UHGV virus genome: UHGV-1375844 | Source of the DNA: a virus | Direction: 5' to 3' (one strand) | DNA: 64,000 nucleotides | In this document: one piece after another, positions 55,051-63,027 of the stretch | How positions within the stretch are numbered: the first letter of the stretch is position 1 | Layout of the letters: every line of letters starts with the position of its first letter | The notes under the pieces: generated by a model | What the model was told of the DNA's origin: nothing | What the model saw: the letters and a program-made list of their open reading frames with translations, nothing else | The model's database searches: none | Translations under genes and position numbers: made by a program

Positions 55051-55087
55051 TGATAATAACTTATGTGTGAAAACAAATTGTTTAAGG
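55051..55087 (+). promoter_or_regulatory. motif B copy in plus orientation
   Basis: TGATAATAACTTATGTGTGAAAACAAATTGTTTAAGG, orientation opposite to flanking genes. Confidence 0.4.
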
Positions 55088-55103
55088 CCACAACAGTGGC
55101 CTT
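55068..55103 (-). terminator. intrinsic terminator
   Basis: AAGGCCAC-loop-GTGGCCTT; on minus strand followed by AAACAATTTGTTTTC, so the motif B core doubles as U-tract. Confidence 0.45.
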
Positions 55104-55110
55104 AATATGA

Positions 55111-55296
55111 TCATTCGCCGTGGTTGTTTTCGGTTTGTCTCAACTCTTCGTTAATCATGCGCTTACTCTGCTGTCGCGCTCGATGCTTACAGGCCCGAAG
55201 TTCCGAGTCGTAACCGTTCCCCTTTCTGTAACCACGAGAACGACATAACGAGCAGGTACACCCATCGGCTGAATAGAATTTACCAAAGGGCTGCAT
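55111..55296 (-). CDS. small Cys-rich basic protein (61 aa)
   Basis: C.C..C...C..H pattern suggests zinc binding. Confidence 0.4.
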   Translation of the reverse strand: MQPFGKFYSADGCTCSLCRSRGYRKGNGYDSELRACKHRARQQSKRMINEELRQTENNHGE

Positions 55297-55514
55297 TATT
55301 CTCCCCCTGTAAGCTGTTTTGTCTGCTTAGCCTCAAGAGCTGCCAAACGCTTCTCTAAGTCGTCCACCTCATCAAGCAAAGCGAGGACGATGACTGGAGT
55401 GGCCAGGGCATCGAACTTTAATCTCGCAGCCCGGCCCCGGAGATGATTTTCTACACCGCCGAGTTCATCTGCTCTTTCAGCTGCCTTACGCAGCGCCTTT
55501 TTGTCAACTTTCAT
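55296..55514 (-). CDS. hypothetical coiled-coil protein (72 aa)
   Basis: Small ORF in early-gene run; start overlaps stop of the upstream gene, stop abuts start of the next. Confidence 0.4.
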   Translation of the reverse strand: MKVDKKALRKAAERADELGGVENHLRGRAARLKFDALATPVIVLALLDEVDDLEKRLAALEAKQTKQLTGGE

Positions 55515-56068
55515 GCAGCTCGCTCCATCTCAACCAGCCCGGTGCGGACAACGTTTAAGATCCGCTCCAGGTATTCGTATTCGGGGTTTGGTACAGAAGG
55601 CCAGTTTGCATACCACGGCTCATCTCCGAACAGATCCATCAGCTCATTTCCAATACCGAAACCGCAACAGTTTTCTTTCACATCATCGGCGTTTTCAGGC
55701 TCGTCCCACATGTCCCGAGCCTTTGATGAGTCAATCTCACGTTCTCTGCGGAGCTTCAAAATCTCCGATTTAACAAAGCGAAGGTTGGCCTCATTGTCGT
55801 CGTCGACCGTTTTACGAAGATGTGCGTCCAGACAACCGATAAGATAGTCATTACTTACCCGCTTAATGAACTCCTGCACCGTATCGCCTCCCATTGCAGA
55901 CCACGCGCCAGTCCATACTTTCCCGAAACAAGTAATAGTGATGCGACCTTTGCCCGGCTCGTAGTTTTCAATCATGACGCGTACCGGGTCGAGACGTTCC
56001 AGGTCTGTCAGAACGAATGACAGAACATCTATCTTTTCGACTTTCACATGGCCTCCCATGCATTCCAT
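55511..56068 (-). CDS. hypothetical protein (185 aa)
   Basis: ORF overlapping the upstream gene by 25 nt. Confidence 0.5.
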   Translation of the reverse strand: MECMGGHVKVEKIDVLSFVLTDLERLDPVRVMIENYEPGKGRITITCFGKVWTGAWSAMGGDTVQEFIKRVSNDYLIGCLDAHLRKTVDDDNEANLRFVKSEILKLRREREIDSSKARDMWDEPENADDVKENCCGFGIGNELMDLFGDEPWYANWPSVPNPEYEYLERILNVVRTGLVEMERAA

Positions 56069-56697
56069 ATCAGCGCTTTATGCTTCTCGTAACGTTTAGC
56101 GTGTACCGGTTGCAGACTGGCAATGCCGGCCGTCACCATCGTCCGCGCATTTGTCAGCAGAGTGTGTTCCATGCCTTTCTTCTCCAGGTACTCGACAACA
56201 CCTGCATCTGCGCCGATCTCTTTACCCATAAAGAGTACGGCCAGCATTAATTCTTTCTCAGCGAGGTAGATAGCGGAAAACTCAGGATCGCGGCTAACAA
56301 TGGATGAGGTATTGTCCAGCAAATCCGCGAGCTTAATCACACGCGTCTGCATATCGAGGCTTTGCTCCAGCTCCCGAACGTTGATAATGAATCGCTGGAT
56401 GCGATTACCGTCTTCTGGCCTGGCGACGTTGGTCAGTGCCAGCACCATTTCAGCGACACGCTCACCGAAGTGTTCCCGTACCATTTCGATAGTGACTTTG
56501 GTGTCTTCAACTACGTCATGCAGTAACGCGGCGATCTGCATATCAATACTTCCACCATGCCACGCAACAATTTCGCGAACCGCGACTGGATGATTAATGT
56601 AATCCTCGCCGGTGTATTTGCGCTTCTGGCCTATACCTCCATGAGCACCAGCGGCAAACATATGAGCTTTGGTAATACTGGACATACTTAACTCCAT
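56044..56697 (-). CDS. HD-domain (p)ppGpp-hydrolase-like protein (small alarmone hydrolase candidate)
   Basis: SpoT/RelA-type HD signature: YINHPVAV, AALLHDVVEDT, KLADLLDN; true start may be ATG at 56685 which has a GGAG RBS. Confidence 0.65.
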   Translation of the reverse strand: MELSMSSITKAHMFAAGAHGGIGQKRKYTGEDYINHPVAVREIVAWHGGSIDMQIAALLHDVVEDTKVTIEMVREHFGERVAEMVLALTNVARPEDGNRIQRFIINVRELEQSLDMQTRVIKLADLLDNTSSIVSRDPEFSAIYLAEKELMLAVLFMGKEIGADAGVVEYLEKKGMEHTLLTNARTMVTAGIASLQPVHAKRYEKHKALIWNAWEAM

Positions 56698-56714
56698 TGT
56701 TTTCTCGATGTGGT

Positions 56715-56758
56715 TATTTTCACATACAAGAAAATGCAGAAAACAAATTGTTAAAGGC
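56715..56758. promoter_or_regulatory. motif B copy
   Basis: TTATTTTCACATACAAGAAAATGCAGAAAACAAATTGTTAAAGG; element readable in both orientations. Confidence 0.45.
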
Positions 56759-56772
56759 CACTACTGTGGCCC
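56738..56772 (-). terminator. intrinsic terminator
   Basis: GGCCAC-loop-GTGGCC hairpin then AACAATTTGTTTTCT on the minus strand. Confidence 0.4.
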
Positions 56773-56777
56773 TAAAT

Positions 56778-57149
56778 TTATTCAGCAAGCAGCGTCTTCA
56801 TCATTACTTGCATCTCGCTTTCCCGCTCTTTGGCGATACGTGCATTCTCTTCTTCCACAAGACGCTTCAATCTTTCCATCGTGGCAAAAGACGCTCGACG
56901 CCTGGCGCTCTCATCAATAGCGTGAGCATCCATTGAGATAAGGAAACCAAAGTGCTGGAAGCCCATGCCGACGAAAATCTCATAGAGCCTTGAGTCACAC
57001 TCGAACAAAGCGATGCCGTTCCGAACCTCAAGCAGCACTCCCTCTTCCATCAGCTTCGCCAACCCTCTGTCCCAGACAGGGCAGTAGCGATAATGGAAAC
57101 CGTCAAACAGTGCGGTACAAAACAGTGAAATGGCGTTTCCAAACTTCAT
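56778..57149 (-). CDS. hypothetical protein (123 aa)
   Basis: ORF, no recognisable motif. Confidence 0.45.
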   Translation of the reverse strand: MKFGNAISLFCTALFDGFHYRYCPVWDRGLAKLMEEGVLLEVRNGIALFECDSRLYEIFVGMGFQHFGFLISMDAHAIDESARRRASFATMERLKRLVEEENARIAKERESEMQVMMKTLLAE

Positions 57150-57151
57150 GA

Positions 57152-57433
57152 TTACTCTCCCTTACTACTTGCTCTGTTCGCCTGAACTTCCTTAGCCAGA
57201 TCGTAAGTAATTTTGCATGGCACAATCATCGCCCAGCCTTTTTCGTGGCTGTTAATCACCTGCTGGATATGACCATCTGTAATAGGGATATCCGGCAGTG
57301 CTTTGAACGTGGCGATCTGCTCCTGTATCTCCAAAAAGAACTGCGCCAGCTCCATCTGTTCGCCGCGGGTTAAGGGGTGTTCCAGTGGACATCGGACAAA
57401 ATCCGCGACACGTTTGATGCTGAGATCACTCAT
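57152..57433 (-). CDS. hypothetical protein (93 aa)
   Basis: ORF, coupled to the upstream gene. Confidence 0.45.
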   Translation of the reverse strand: MSDLSIKRVADFVRCPLEHPLTRGEQMELAQFFLEIQEQIATFKALPDIPITDGHIQQVINSHEKGWAMIVPCKITYDLAKEVQANRASSKGE

Positions 57434-58119
57434 GCCGAGGCCTCTTTAGCCTTTGCTTCCAAATCGCGAACATATTGCACAAGCGAGCCACCTGGTGGGA
57501 TCTGGCACTCTTCTACCAGCTGGAAGTAGATATCGGCTGCGGCTCGGGTGTTTGAACCTTTTGTCAGCTTTTCTTCGCGCAGTGCGGCGCATTCGTTAAT
57601 AAGACGATCACACTCGCCATTGCGCTGATCAATCACGGCTTCCAGTTCTGCAATTCGCTCGCCTGGCGTTTTGCCTTCCTTACGTTGAGTCGTCACGGTA
57701 AAGTCACCCAGCTCCGGCACGCTGTAAGTTAGCTCCAGGTAGTTACTGGCGCCGTGACGAACAAACTCGCCGGCGAACATGGTGCCGAACATTGCAGAGG
57801 CCAGCTCGCCATTAAAAAGCGACTCCAGATCTAACGGAGTACCGGCAGCCAGCGCCTCTTTAGCTGTTTCCATTGCGTCCATGAACCGATCGAACTCATT
57901 AGCGCGTTTTTCCAGGTTTCTCCATTGCTGACTCCAACGTTTTGCAACGTGTTCCACGAACACCTGGGCAGCGGAATCAAACTCGCCGGTGAACGTCACT
58001 TTGTCTTTGTCGATGGTAATCTTGCCGACCTGTTTGTTCGAGTTGCCCTGAAGCACCAAGTTGAATGGCGTGTCAGCTACACTCGCAGAGGCTATAAATG
58101 GCGCTACTGTATTTTTCAT
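57430..58119 (-). CDS. hypothetical protein (229 aa)
   Basis: ORF with motif A upstream. Confidence 0.5.
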   Translation of the reverse strand: MKNTVAPFIASASVADTPFNLVLQGNSNKQVGKITIDKDKVTFTGEFDSAAQVFVEHVAKRWSQQWRNLEKRANEFDRFMDAMETAKEALAAGTPLDLESLFNGELASAMFGTMFAGEFVRHGASNYLELTYSVPELGDFTVTTQRKEGKTPGERIAELEAVIDQRNGECDRLINECAALREEKLTKGSNTRAAADIYFQLVEECQIPPGGSLVQYVRDLEAKAKEASA

Positions 58120-58157
58120 TTTTCTCCCTCAGTCATCTGTTCCAATTCTTACACAAA

Positions 58158-58177
58158 ATAAGTAAGTATTTACCTAT
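58158..58177. promoter_or_regulatory. motif A palindrome copy
   Basis: ATAAGTAAGTATTTACCTAT abutting the methyltransferase stop codon. Confidence 0.45.
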
Positions 58178-59880
58178 CATTTAATGCGTTTGAAAACGTA
58201 CACGCTTACAGTGATCCCCGTGTCCTCAAACTCATCAGTGAATGACTTGCCTTTGGCGTAGACGTAATTGTCCAGCGTCATCCAGTTTAGAATTGATGAG
58301 TCTCCCGGTAATACTGCTACCAGGCGCCCACCGACTTTCAGATGCCCCAGCCCGGCCAGCGTGTGCTCTTTGTGGCGGCCGAGAGAGTAGGGTGGGTTCA
58401 TGACAATCTTGTCGAATTGATAACCTGCATTATCGGCAGACCATTTCATGAAGTCACAGCAGACCGTGTTTACGTAGCCTTTGCCAACAAGGATGTCAGC
58501 GAAGAGCGGGGCAATCTCAATACAGGTGACGTCTTCAGGATTGGTCTCGATATAAGCAAGCAGATCTCCGCGACCAGCTTCCGGCTCCAGCAATGTTTCA
58601 CCGGATTTCAAATCAACGGCTTTGGCTACGTACTCAGCGATTACGCGTGGGGTAGGGTAAAATTGATGTGATTTTGCATCTGGGATCAGACCCGTGGCCA
58701 CAATCGTATTGAGCGTATGACCGATCTCATACGGGAACTGCCAGTGCCCCTTCTCCTGCACGCCGCCAATGAAGCTCAGTGTGCGCACCAGCTCTTCCAC
58801 CTGCGACTTCTGAAGGCTCGAATCTGAGAAGTACCAGACACCTTTGTCTTTGCTGAATCGCCCGTCACGCAACGTGGTGCGAACAGGTTCAGAGATGGTC
58901 TTTTGGATGAGGCCAAACTCTTTAGGCGCTCGGGCTTTTGGCGCTGTTCTGCAAGGGGCAGGGATAGCAGCAGGCATACTGTACGCCAGCACTTCATTTA
59001 GTTTCCAGGCCACATCCGGATGGATCTCAAAATGTACGTTGCCGTTCTTGAACATCTTCACACGCATCAGGTTTCCGTCGACATTCATCCAGTCACCGGT
59101 CTGGCAGTCGTTCGCCCGGTACGCAGCTGATAGCATCTCCGTTGTGCGGTTGATGGTGATGAACTCTTTGTGCGCAAAAAAATGAAGCATAACGCGCAGG
59201 TCGTCGATGTAGTCTTCCTTCCGATAGTTCACGCTGACGCTGTCCCTCCAGAACTCGGAAATGCAGCTGGCGATGATCAGACGCTCGCTGAAGCCGTTCG
59301 TCTTATTGGTCTTGTGCGCAGGACTCAGCGCCTTAAACAAGCCATACACGCGCTCGGAAAGATATTTATGCCTGTCATTCAGCAAATTAAGCATCGTTGG
59401 GATGACCGTCTCTGCCTTGAACTCCGGCACACCAACGAACTCCTTAACCTTCATCTGGTAACCGGTTCTGTCTGTCTTGATAGTTTCCTGTTTGCCTTCT
59501 ATGAACTGTTCGCGCCACTCGTCACGGCGTGAAGCTGGCATGATCAGCAGAACGTTGGTCATATCCGTAACCTTCTTCCAGTACTCGGCCCAGATATTCT
59601 GTTTCACCCATTCCAGGTCGACTTTATCCAGCCAGGCTCTGTTAAAACGCGTGCGCTCATCATCCGGCCGGTGGTTGAGTCGCAGCAGACGGTTGATCAT
59701 GTTGTGGCGTTCGTCGCCATAAACGAAGTCGTGAACCTGATACATGAAGGCGATCTCTTTCTCGCACTCGGCCACAATTTCGTGGATGACGTTCATTTCC
59801 TGGCGATAGTCGATTTCAGTATTGGGCGTTACGGAGTCAATGATAGAAAGGGCTGTACTCATAATTGCACCATTAAACAA
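58177..59880 (-). CDS. N6-adenine DNA methyltransferase with ~390-aa N-terminal domain of unknown function
   Basis: C-terminal FYPTP, motif I-like EPEAGRGDL, catalytic NPPY (IVMNPPYS). Confidence 0.75.
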   Translation of the reverse strand: MFNGAIMSTALSIIDSVTPNTEIDYRQEMNVIHEIVAECEKEIAFMYQVHDFVYGDERHNMINRLLRLNHRPDDERTRFNRAWLDKVDLEWVKQNIWAEYWKKVTDMTNVLLIMPASRRDEWREQFIEGKQETIKTDRTGYQMKVKEFVGVPEFKAETVIPTMLNLLNDRHKYLSERVYGLFKALSPAHKTNKTNGFSERLIIASCISEFWRDSVSVNYRKEDYIDDLRVMLHFFAHKEFITINRTTEMLSAAYRANDCQTGDWMNVDGNLMRVKMFKNGNVHFEIHPDVAWKLNEVLAYSMPAAIPAPCRTAPKARAPKEFGLIQKTISEPVRTTLRDGRFSKDKGVWYFSDSSLQKSQVEELVRTLSFIGGVQEKGHWQFPYEIGHTLNTIVATGLIPDAKSHQFYPTPRVIAEYVAKAVDLKSGETLLEPEAGRGDLLAYIETNPEDVTCIEIAPLFADILVGKGYVNTVCCDFMKWSADNAGYQFDKIVMNPPYSLGRHKEHTLAGLGHLKVGGRLVAVLPGDSSILNWMTLDNYVYAKGKSFTDEFEDTGITVSVYVFKRIK

Positions 59881-59908
59881 ATTGTTTTCTTATTGGTGTT
59901 ATTTTCGC
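59873..59908 (-). promoter_or_regulatory. motif B promoter/operator copy
   Basis: TTAAACAAATTGTTTTCTTATTGGTGTTATTTTCGC immediately upstream of methyltransferase ATG. Confidence 0.5.
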
Positions 59909-59961
59909 AAAGCTGAAAAGGCGTAAAAGCTGTATTTGCAGGCGTTGCAGCATAGTGAGGG

Positions 59962-59985
59962 CAAAAAAGGGGGCTTTCGCCCCCT
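59962..59985 (-). terminator. intrinsic terminator
   Basis: GGGGGC-loop-GCCCCC followed on the minus strand by TTTTTTG. Confidence 0.6.
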
Positions 59986-60001
59986 GAATGTTGATACTGA
60001 G

Positions 60002-60571
60002 TTAGTGGCTTGCACTTAAATCTTTCTGAGGCTGCTTATTCAGGTCATGGCGGTGGGTAAGCTCGCGCATCATGTCCTCAAGGCGACTTTTGGTGGAGTC
60101 TAACTGGTCGGCCATAGAGCCGAGCATTTGACGAACGGCCATTGGATCATCGCTCTGCAGATCAGGCATCTTGAAACCTGTCTGGGTGGTCATCAACTTA
60201 AAGGCAGAAATAAGTATGGCCATCGAGGATTTCAGGCCGGCAATTTCGCGGTCTTTACTGGCGACAGTTTCGTCAGCTTTGATGGCGCTCGGTGCGCATT
60301 TCTGCTCGCTGACCATATTCAGTGTGGATTGCATTTTATCAGCGCGATCTTTCTCTGCGAGATAGTGAACACCCAGGTGGTGCGCCAGGCCGATAATTTC
60401 CATTGGGTCATCAAAAATTGAAGCGAATTTAACGACAGTAATCAGTCTTTCAGGCGCTGAAGACTGTTCTGTGCCGCGCACTATACCAAGCATTTTTACC
60501 AGATCCGCGACTTCCATCTCTTCAAATTTTGCATTCATCTCTGCGGCTTTAGCTTTGCAATTCTGACACAT
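60002..60571 (-). CDS. hypothetical protein (189 aa)
   Basis: ORF with motif B upstream. Confidence 0.5.
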   Translation of the reverse strand: MCQNCKAKAAEMNAKFEEMEVADLVKMLGIVRGTEQSSAPERLITVVKFASIFDDPMEIIGLAHHLGVHYLAEKDRADKMQSTLNMVSEQKCAPSAIKADETVASKDREIAGLKSSMAILISAFKLMTTQTGFKMPDLQSDDPMAVRQMLGSMADQLDSTKSRLEDMMRELTHRHDLNKQPQKDLSASH

Positions 60572-60589
60572 GTGTTTTTCCTTATTGGT

Positions 60590-60626
60590 TTAAACAAATT
60601 GTTTTGTGGATGGCTGTATTGTTACG
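60590..60626 (-). promoter_or_regulatory. motif B promoter/operator copy
   Basis: TTAAACAAATTGTTTTGTGGATGGCTGTATTGTTACG; leader AATAAGGAAAAACAC-ATG shared with copy at 62141. Confidence 0.5.
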
Positions 60627-60678
60627 TGACAGAGAAGGTGAGCAAGCGCCATGACAAGGGAAATGTCTGCGCTCACGG

Positions 60679-61491
60679 TTAATGAAGACGTGTGGTCTCC
60701 TCCATCTCGCGCTCAACATGCACACGACACGGTTCGTATTCGATACCGCTTACGCTAATTTTCCCGGCAGCGATCAGCTTCACAGCAGCGAAGCAGAGTC
60801 CTTTGAAGGTGTACTTGGCCTGATTGTGGCCATTGCCGGATACAACGTTTTTGCCATATCCGCGGTCGATAAAGATCTTCAGAAATTGACGGTTAGTTGT
60901 TGTGTACTTACGTTTAACGTACACATCGCCCAACGAATCCATTAAAGCCCCCAGAACTGCACCCGAGGTTCCGAGTATGCGTCCGGCTTCATTTAGCCCG
61001 TAAAGCTCATCAGCAGCCCCGCAGATTGTGTCCATGAGAATGGCTTTTGGTTTAGCGTGAGAGAGCGCAACGCCCAGAGCTTCGTTCTCTTTTTCAAGTC
61101 GTTCATTTTCTTCGACCTGGCGGAGCAAGTGGACGAGCGCTTCTTTATAGGTATGCGGGATAGCGGGAGTTACCCGATCGGCATACAGGGTCTCCAGTTC
61201 CTTCCATCGATCGACAAGTCGTGCGGTAAACTCAGGGGATAGCTGCGCCACAACAATGATACTGTCACGTTTGCCCTGTTCGTTTTCAAACAGGTAGATC
61301 GTCACGGGGCGCCCGGCCGTGGGCTTTTCCACCGTTGGTGGAGAAGCTATAACGCCCGATTTCGCCAGTCTTTCAATGGTGCGCTTTACACTGTCGTGCC
61401 GACTACCAACCAACTCGGCGATCTCCAGGCTGGTCATGGATGGTTTCGCGTGTATGCCGGTGGTGGGGGTGAGGGAAGCTATTTCAAACAT
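60679..61491 (-). CDS. Rha-family regulatory protein / antirepressor
   Basis: Trimmed to MFEIASLTP start; N-terminal Rha-like HTH (MTSLEIAELVGSRHDSVKRTIERL). Confidence 0.6.
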   Translation of the reverse strand: MFEIASLTPTTGIHAKPSMTSLEIAELVGSRHDSVKRTIERLAKSGVIASPPTVEKPTAGRPVTIYLFENEQGKRDSIIVVAQLSPEFTARLVDRWKELETLYADRVTPAIPHTYKEALVHLLRQVEENERLEKENEALGVALSHAKPKAILMDTICGAADELYGLNEAGRILGTSGAVLGALMDSLGDVYVKRKYTTTNRQFLKIFIDRGYGKNVVSGNGHNQAKYTFKGLCFAAVKLIAAGKISVSGIEYEPCRVHVEREMEETTRLH

Positions 61492-61502
61492 ATTCGCTCC
61501 GT

Positions 61503-61529
61503 GAAAGAAAAGGGCCATCACTGGCCCTT
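61503..61529 (-). terminator. intrinsic terminator
   Basis: AAGGGCCA-loop-TGGCCCTT followed on minus strand by TTCTTTC. Confidence 0.45.
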
Positions 61530-61691
61530 GTTGTTGACTGATTTCTTCTTTAGCAATGGACTGGCGAAATAGAACGCCAGCCCAACCAACACGCCATCAG
61601 CCGCAACTGACATCAACTTGCCGGTGAAATCCACCAGAACGGTCAATACCAGCAGCGCGATAACTGCCGCAAATCTGAAGTTCTCTAACAT
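61518..61691 (-). CDS. small membrane protein (57 aa)
   Basis: Hand-translated MLENFRFAAVIALLVLTVLVDFTGKLMSVAADGVLVGLAFYFASPLLKKK...; ATG overlaps upstream stop (TAATG). Confidence 0.35.
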   Translation of the reverse strand: MLENFRFAAVIALLVLTVLVDFTGKLMSVAADGVLVGLAFYFASPLLKKKSVNNKGQ

Positions 61692-62116
61692 TACAGATAA
61701 GGGTCCAAAGACAGCTGAAGCGCCTGGGCAATTTTGCGAAGGGCTTTCTCTTCCTGCTCCCCGATGCCGTCCTGATCAGCAATATCGATGCAGAGGCACA
61801 GCACATCCACGGCATCACTGGTACCGGCAATGTCTTCCAGTTCACGAAGAGCCTGGGCAGCTGCTCGGCGTGCGCTGGCTTCAAACTGCTGGCGAACGTT
61901 GGTGCTCAGTTGAGCGATTTCGCTGGCGAAAGGTGTAAATGCAGGCGTGGCCTGAATAGCTTTTTCAAGAATGGAAACTTCTTCTGCGGTGCATTCACCA
62001 TCAAAGTAGGAAATGTAGTACCCGCCCCACACTGTTGCTTCAACGGCGTCACGGTTTTCCATTTTTTTCACTTCAACAACCGCTTTACGGGTCTTCTTTC
62101 TTAAAAAACCTAACAT
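61691..62116 (-). CDS. hypothetical protein (141 aa)
   Basis: ORF with motif B and AATAAGGAAAACAC leader upstream. Confidence 0.45.
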   Translation of the reverse strand: MLGFLRKKTRKAVVEVKKMENRDAVEATVWGGYYISYFDGECTAEEVSILEKAIQATPAFTPFASEIAQLSTNVRQQFEASARRAAAQALRELEDIAGTSDAVDVLCLCIDIADQDGIGEQEEKALRKIAQALQLSLDPYL

Positions 62117-62140
62117 GTGTTTTCCTTATTAGTTATTTGG

Positions 62141-62158
62141 CTTAACAAATTGTTTAAG
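62141..62158 (-). promoter_or_regulatory. motif B core copy
   Basis: CTTAACAAATTGTTTAAG. Confidence 0.45.
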
Positions 62159-62181
62159 TAGTGATGAAACCTAAATAAGCG

Positions 62182-62370
62182 TTAAAAAAATCCGAGTACG
62201 CTTCCGAGCGGTACGATGAAAATGCCCACCACTCGCGCCAGAGTCATGCCGGCGTTGAAATGGAGATCTCCGCTCGCAATGAGCTTCACCAGATTCATTA
62301 CCCACCCACCTAACAGAACGATGCACAGGCCGATCCAAATAGATGTGATTTTTTGGAAACTTAGCGTCAT
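62182..62370 (-). CDS. small membrane protein (62 aa)
   Basis: Two hydrophobic helices. Confidence 0.4.
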   Translation of the reverse strand: MTLSFQKITSIWIGLCIVLLGGWVMNLVKLIASGDLHFNAGMTLARVVGIFIVPLGSVLGFF

Positions 62371-62621
62371 GCCACTACCTCAATCACAGCAGGAGGAAGA
62401 TCCGGTATCGCAGGACGCGCCGGAATAGTGTCCAGAGACATCCCATCCAGAGAAACAGGTGCTCTTTCGGGCTGGGGTGTCGTCTGTGACGGTGTGATGG
62501 GAGAAATGGTTGATTCCGGCATCAGTATGCTCTGACCGGTGGGAATTGCTGCGGCTGCCAGAGAAGCCAATATCAGACCGTAGGCCATTGGTTTCAGTCG
62601 CGTTCTTTGAAAGTTTTCCAT
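62367..62621 (-). CDS. putative secreted Pro-rich protein (84 aa)
   Basis: ORF 62367..62678 trimmed to MENFQ start; signal-peptide-like MAYGLILASLAAAAIP. Confidence 0.3.
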   Translation of the reverse strand: MENFQRTRLKPMAYGLILASLAAAAIPTGQSILMPESTISPITPSQTTPQPERAPVSLDGMSLDTIPARPAIPDLPPAVIEVVA

Positions 62622-62889
62622 CCGAACTCTCCATGTGCTTCTGGGATTGACGCAGCACGCGAGAAACCGTGGATTCACTTTTCTTTTTAACGGCTACAGT
62701 CGCCCCCAGATGGGCAATGGCGTCAGCCTGGGCATTAGCTCGATGCTCCAGTTCAGCCACTCGCTCTTCAAGCTCCACGAGACGTGCAAAAATTCCGCCG
62801 CTTAACAAATTGGCGAAAGCCAGACGTAATGAACGAGGTCGTTTTTTGAAAGAGGTGAGGGGCGTATGACGTGCCATTGAGGATTCCAT
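62380..62889 (-). CDS. hypothetical protein; only N-terminal coiled-coil part looks coding
   Basis: First ~90 codons coiled-coil-like; remainder low-complexity and overlaps 62367..62621 in another frame. Confidence 0.3.
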   Translation of the reverse strand: MESSMARHTPLTSFKKRPRSLRLAFANLLSGGIFARLVELEERVAELEHRANAQADAIAHLGATVAVKKKSESTVSRVLRQSQKHMESSDGKLSKNATETNGLRSDIGFSGSRSNSHRSEHTDAGINHFSHHTVTDDTPARKSTCFSGWDVSGHYSGASCDTGSSSCCD

Positions 62890-63007
62890 TCATTGTCAGA
62901 AAGAGTTGCGGCTGGCATGGCCAGCCGCCGTTTGGCGTTCCATCCTGGAACAGTGCCTACCGGCACTTCGTCATCCTGACGAATGGTAAGATAACTGATT
63001 TAATATG

Positions 63008-63027
63008 ATAGGTAAATACTTACTTAT
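63008..63027. promoter_or_regulatory. motif A palindrome copy
   Basis: ATAGGTAAATACTTACTTAT spanning the RNase H stop codon. Confidence 0.45.
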
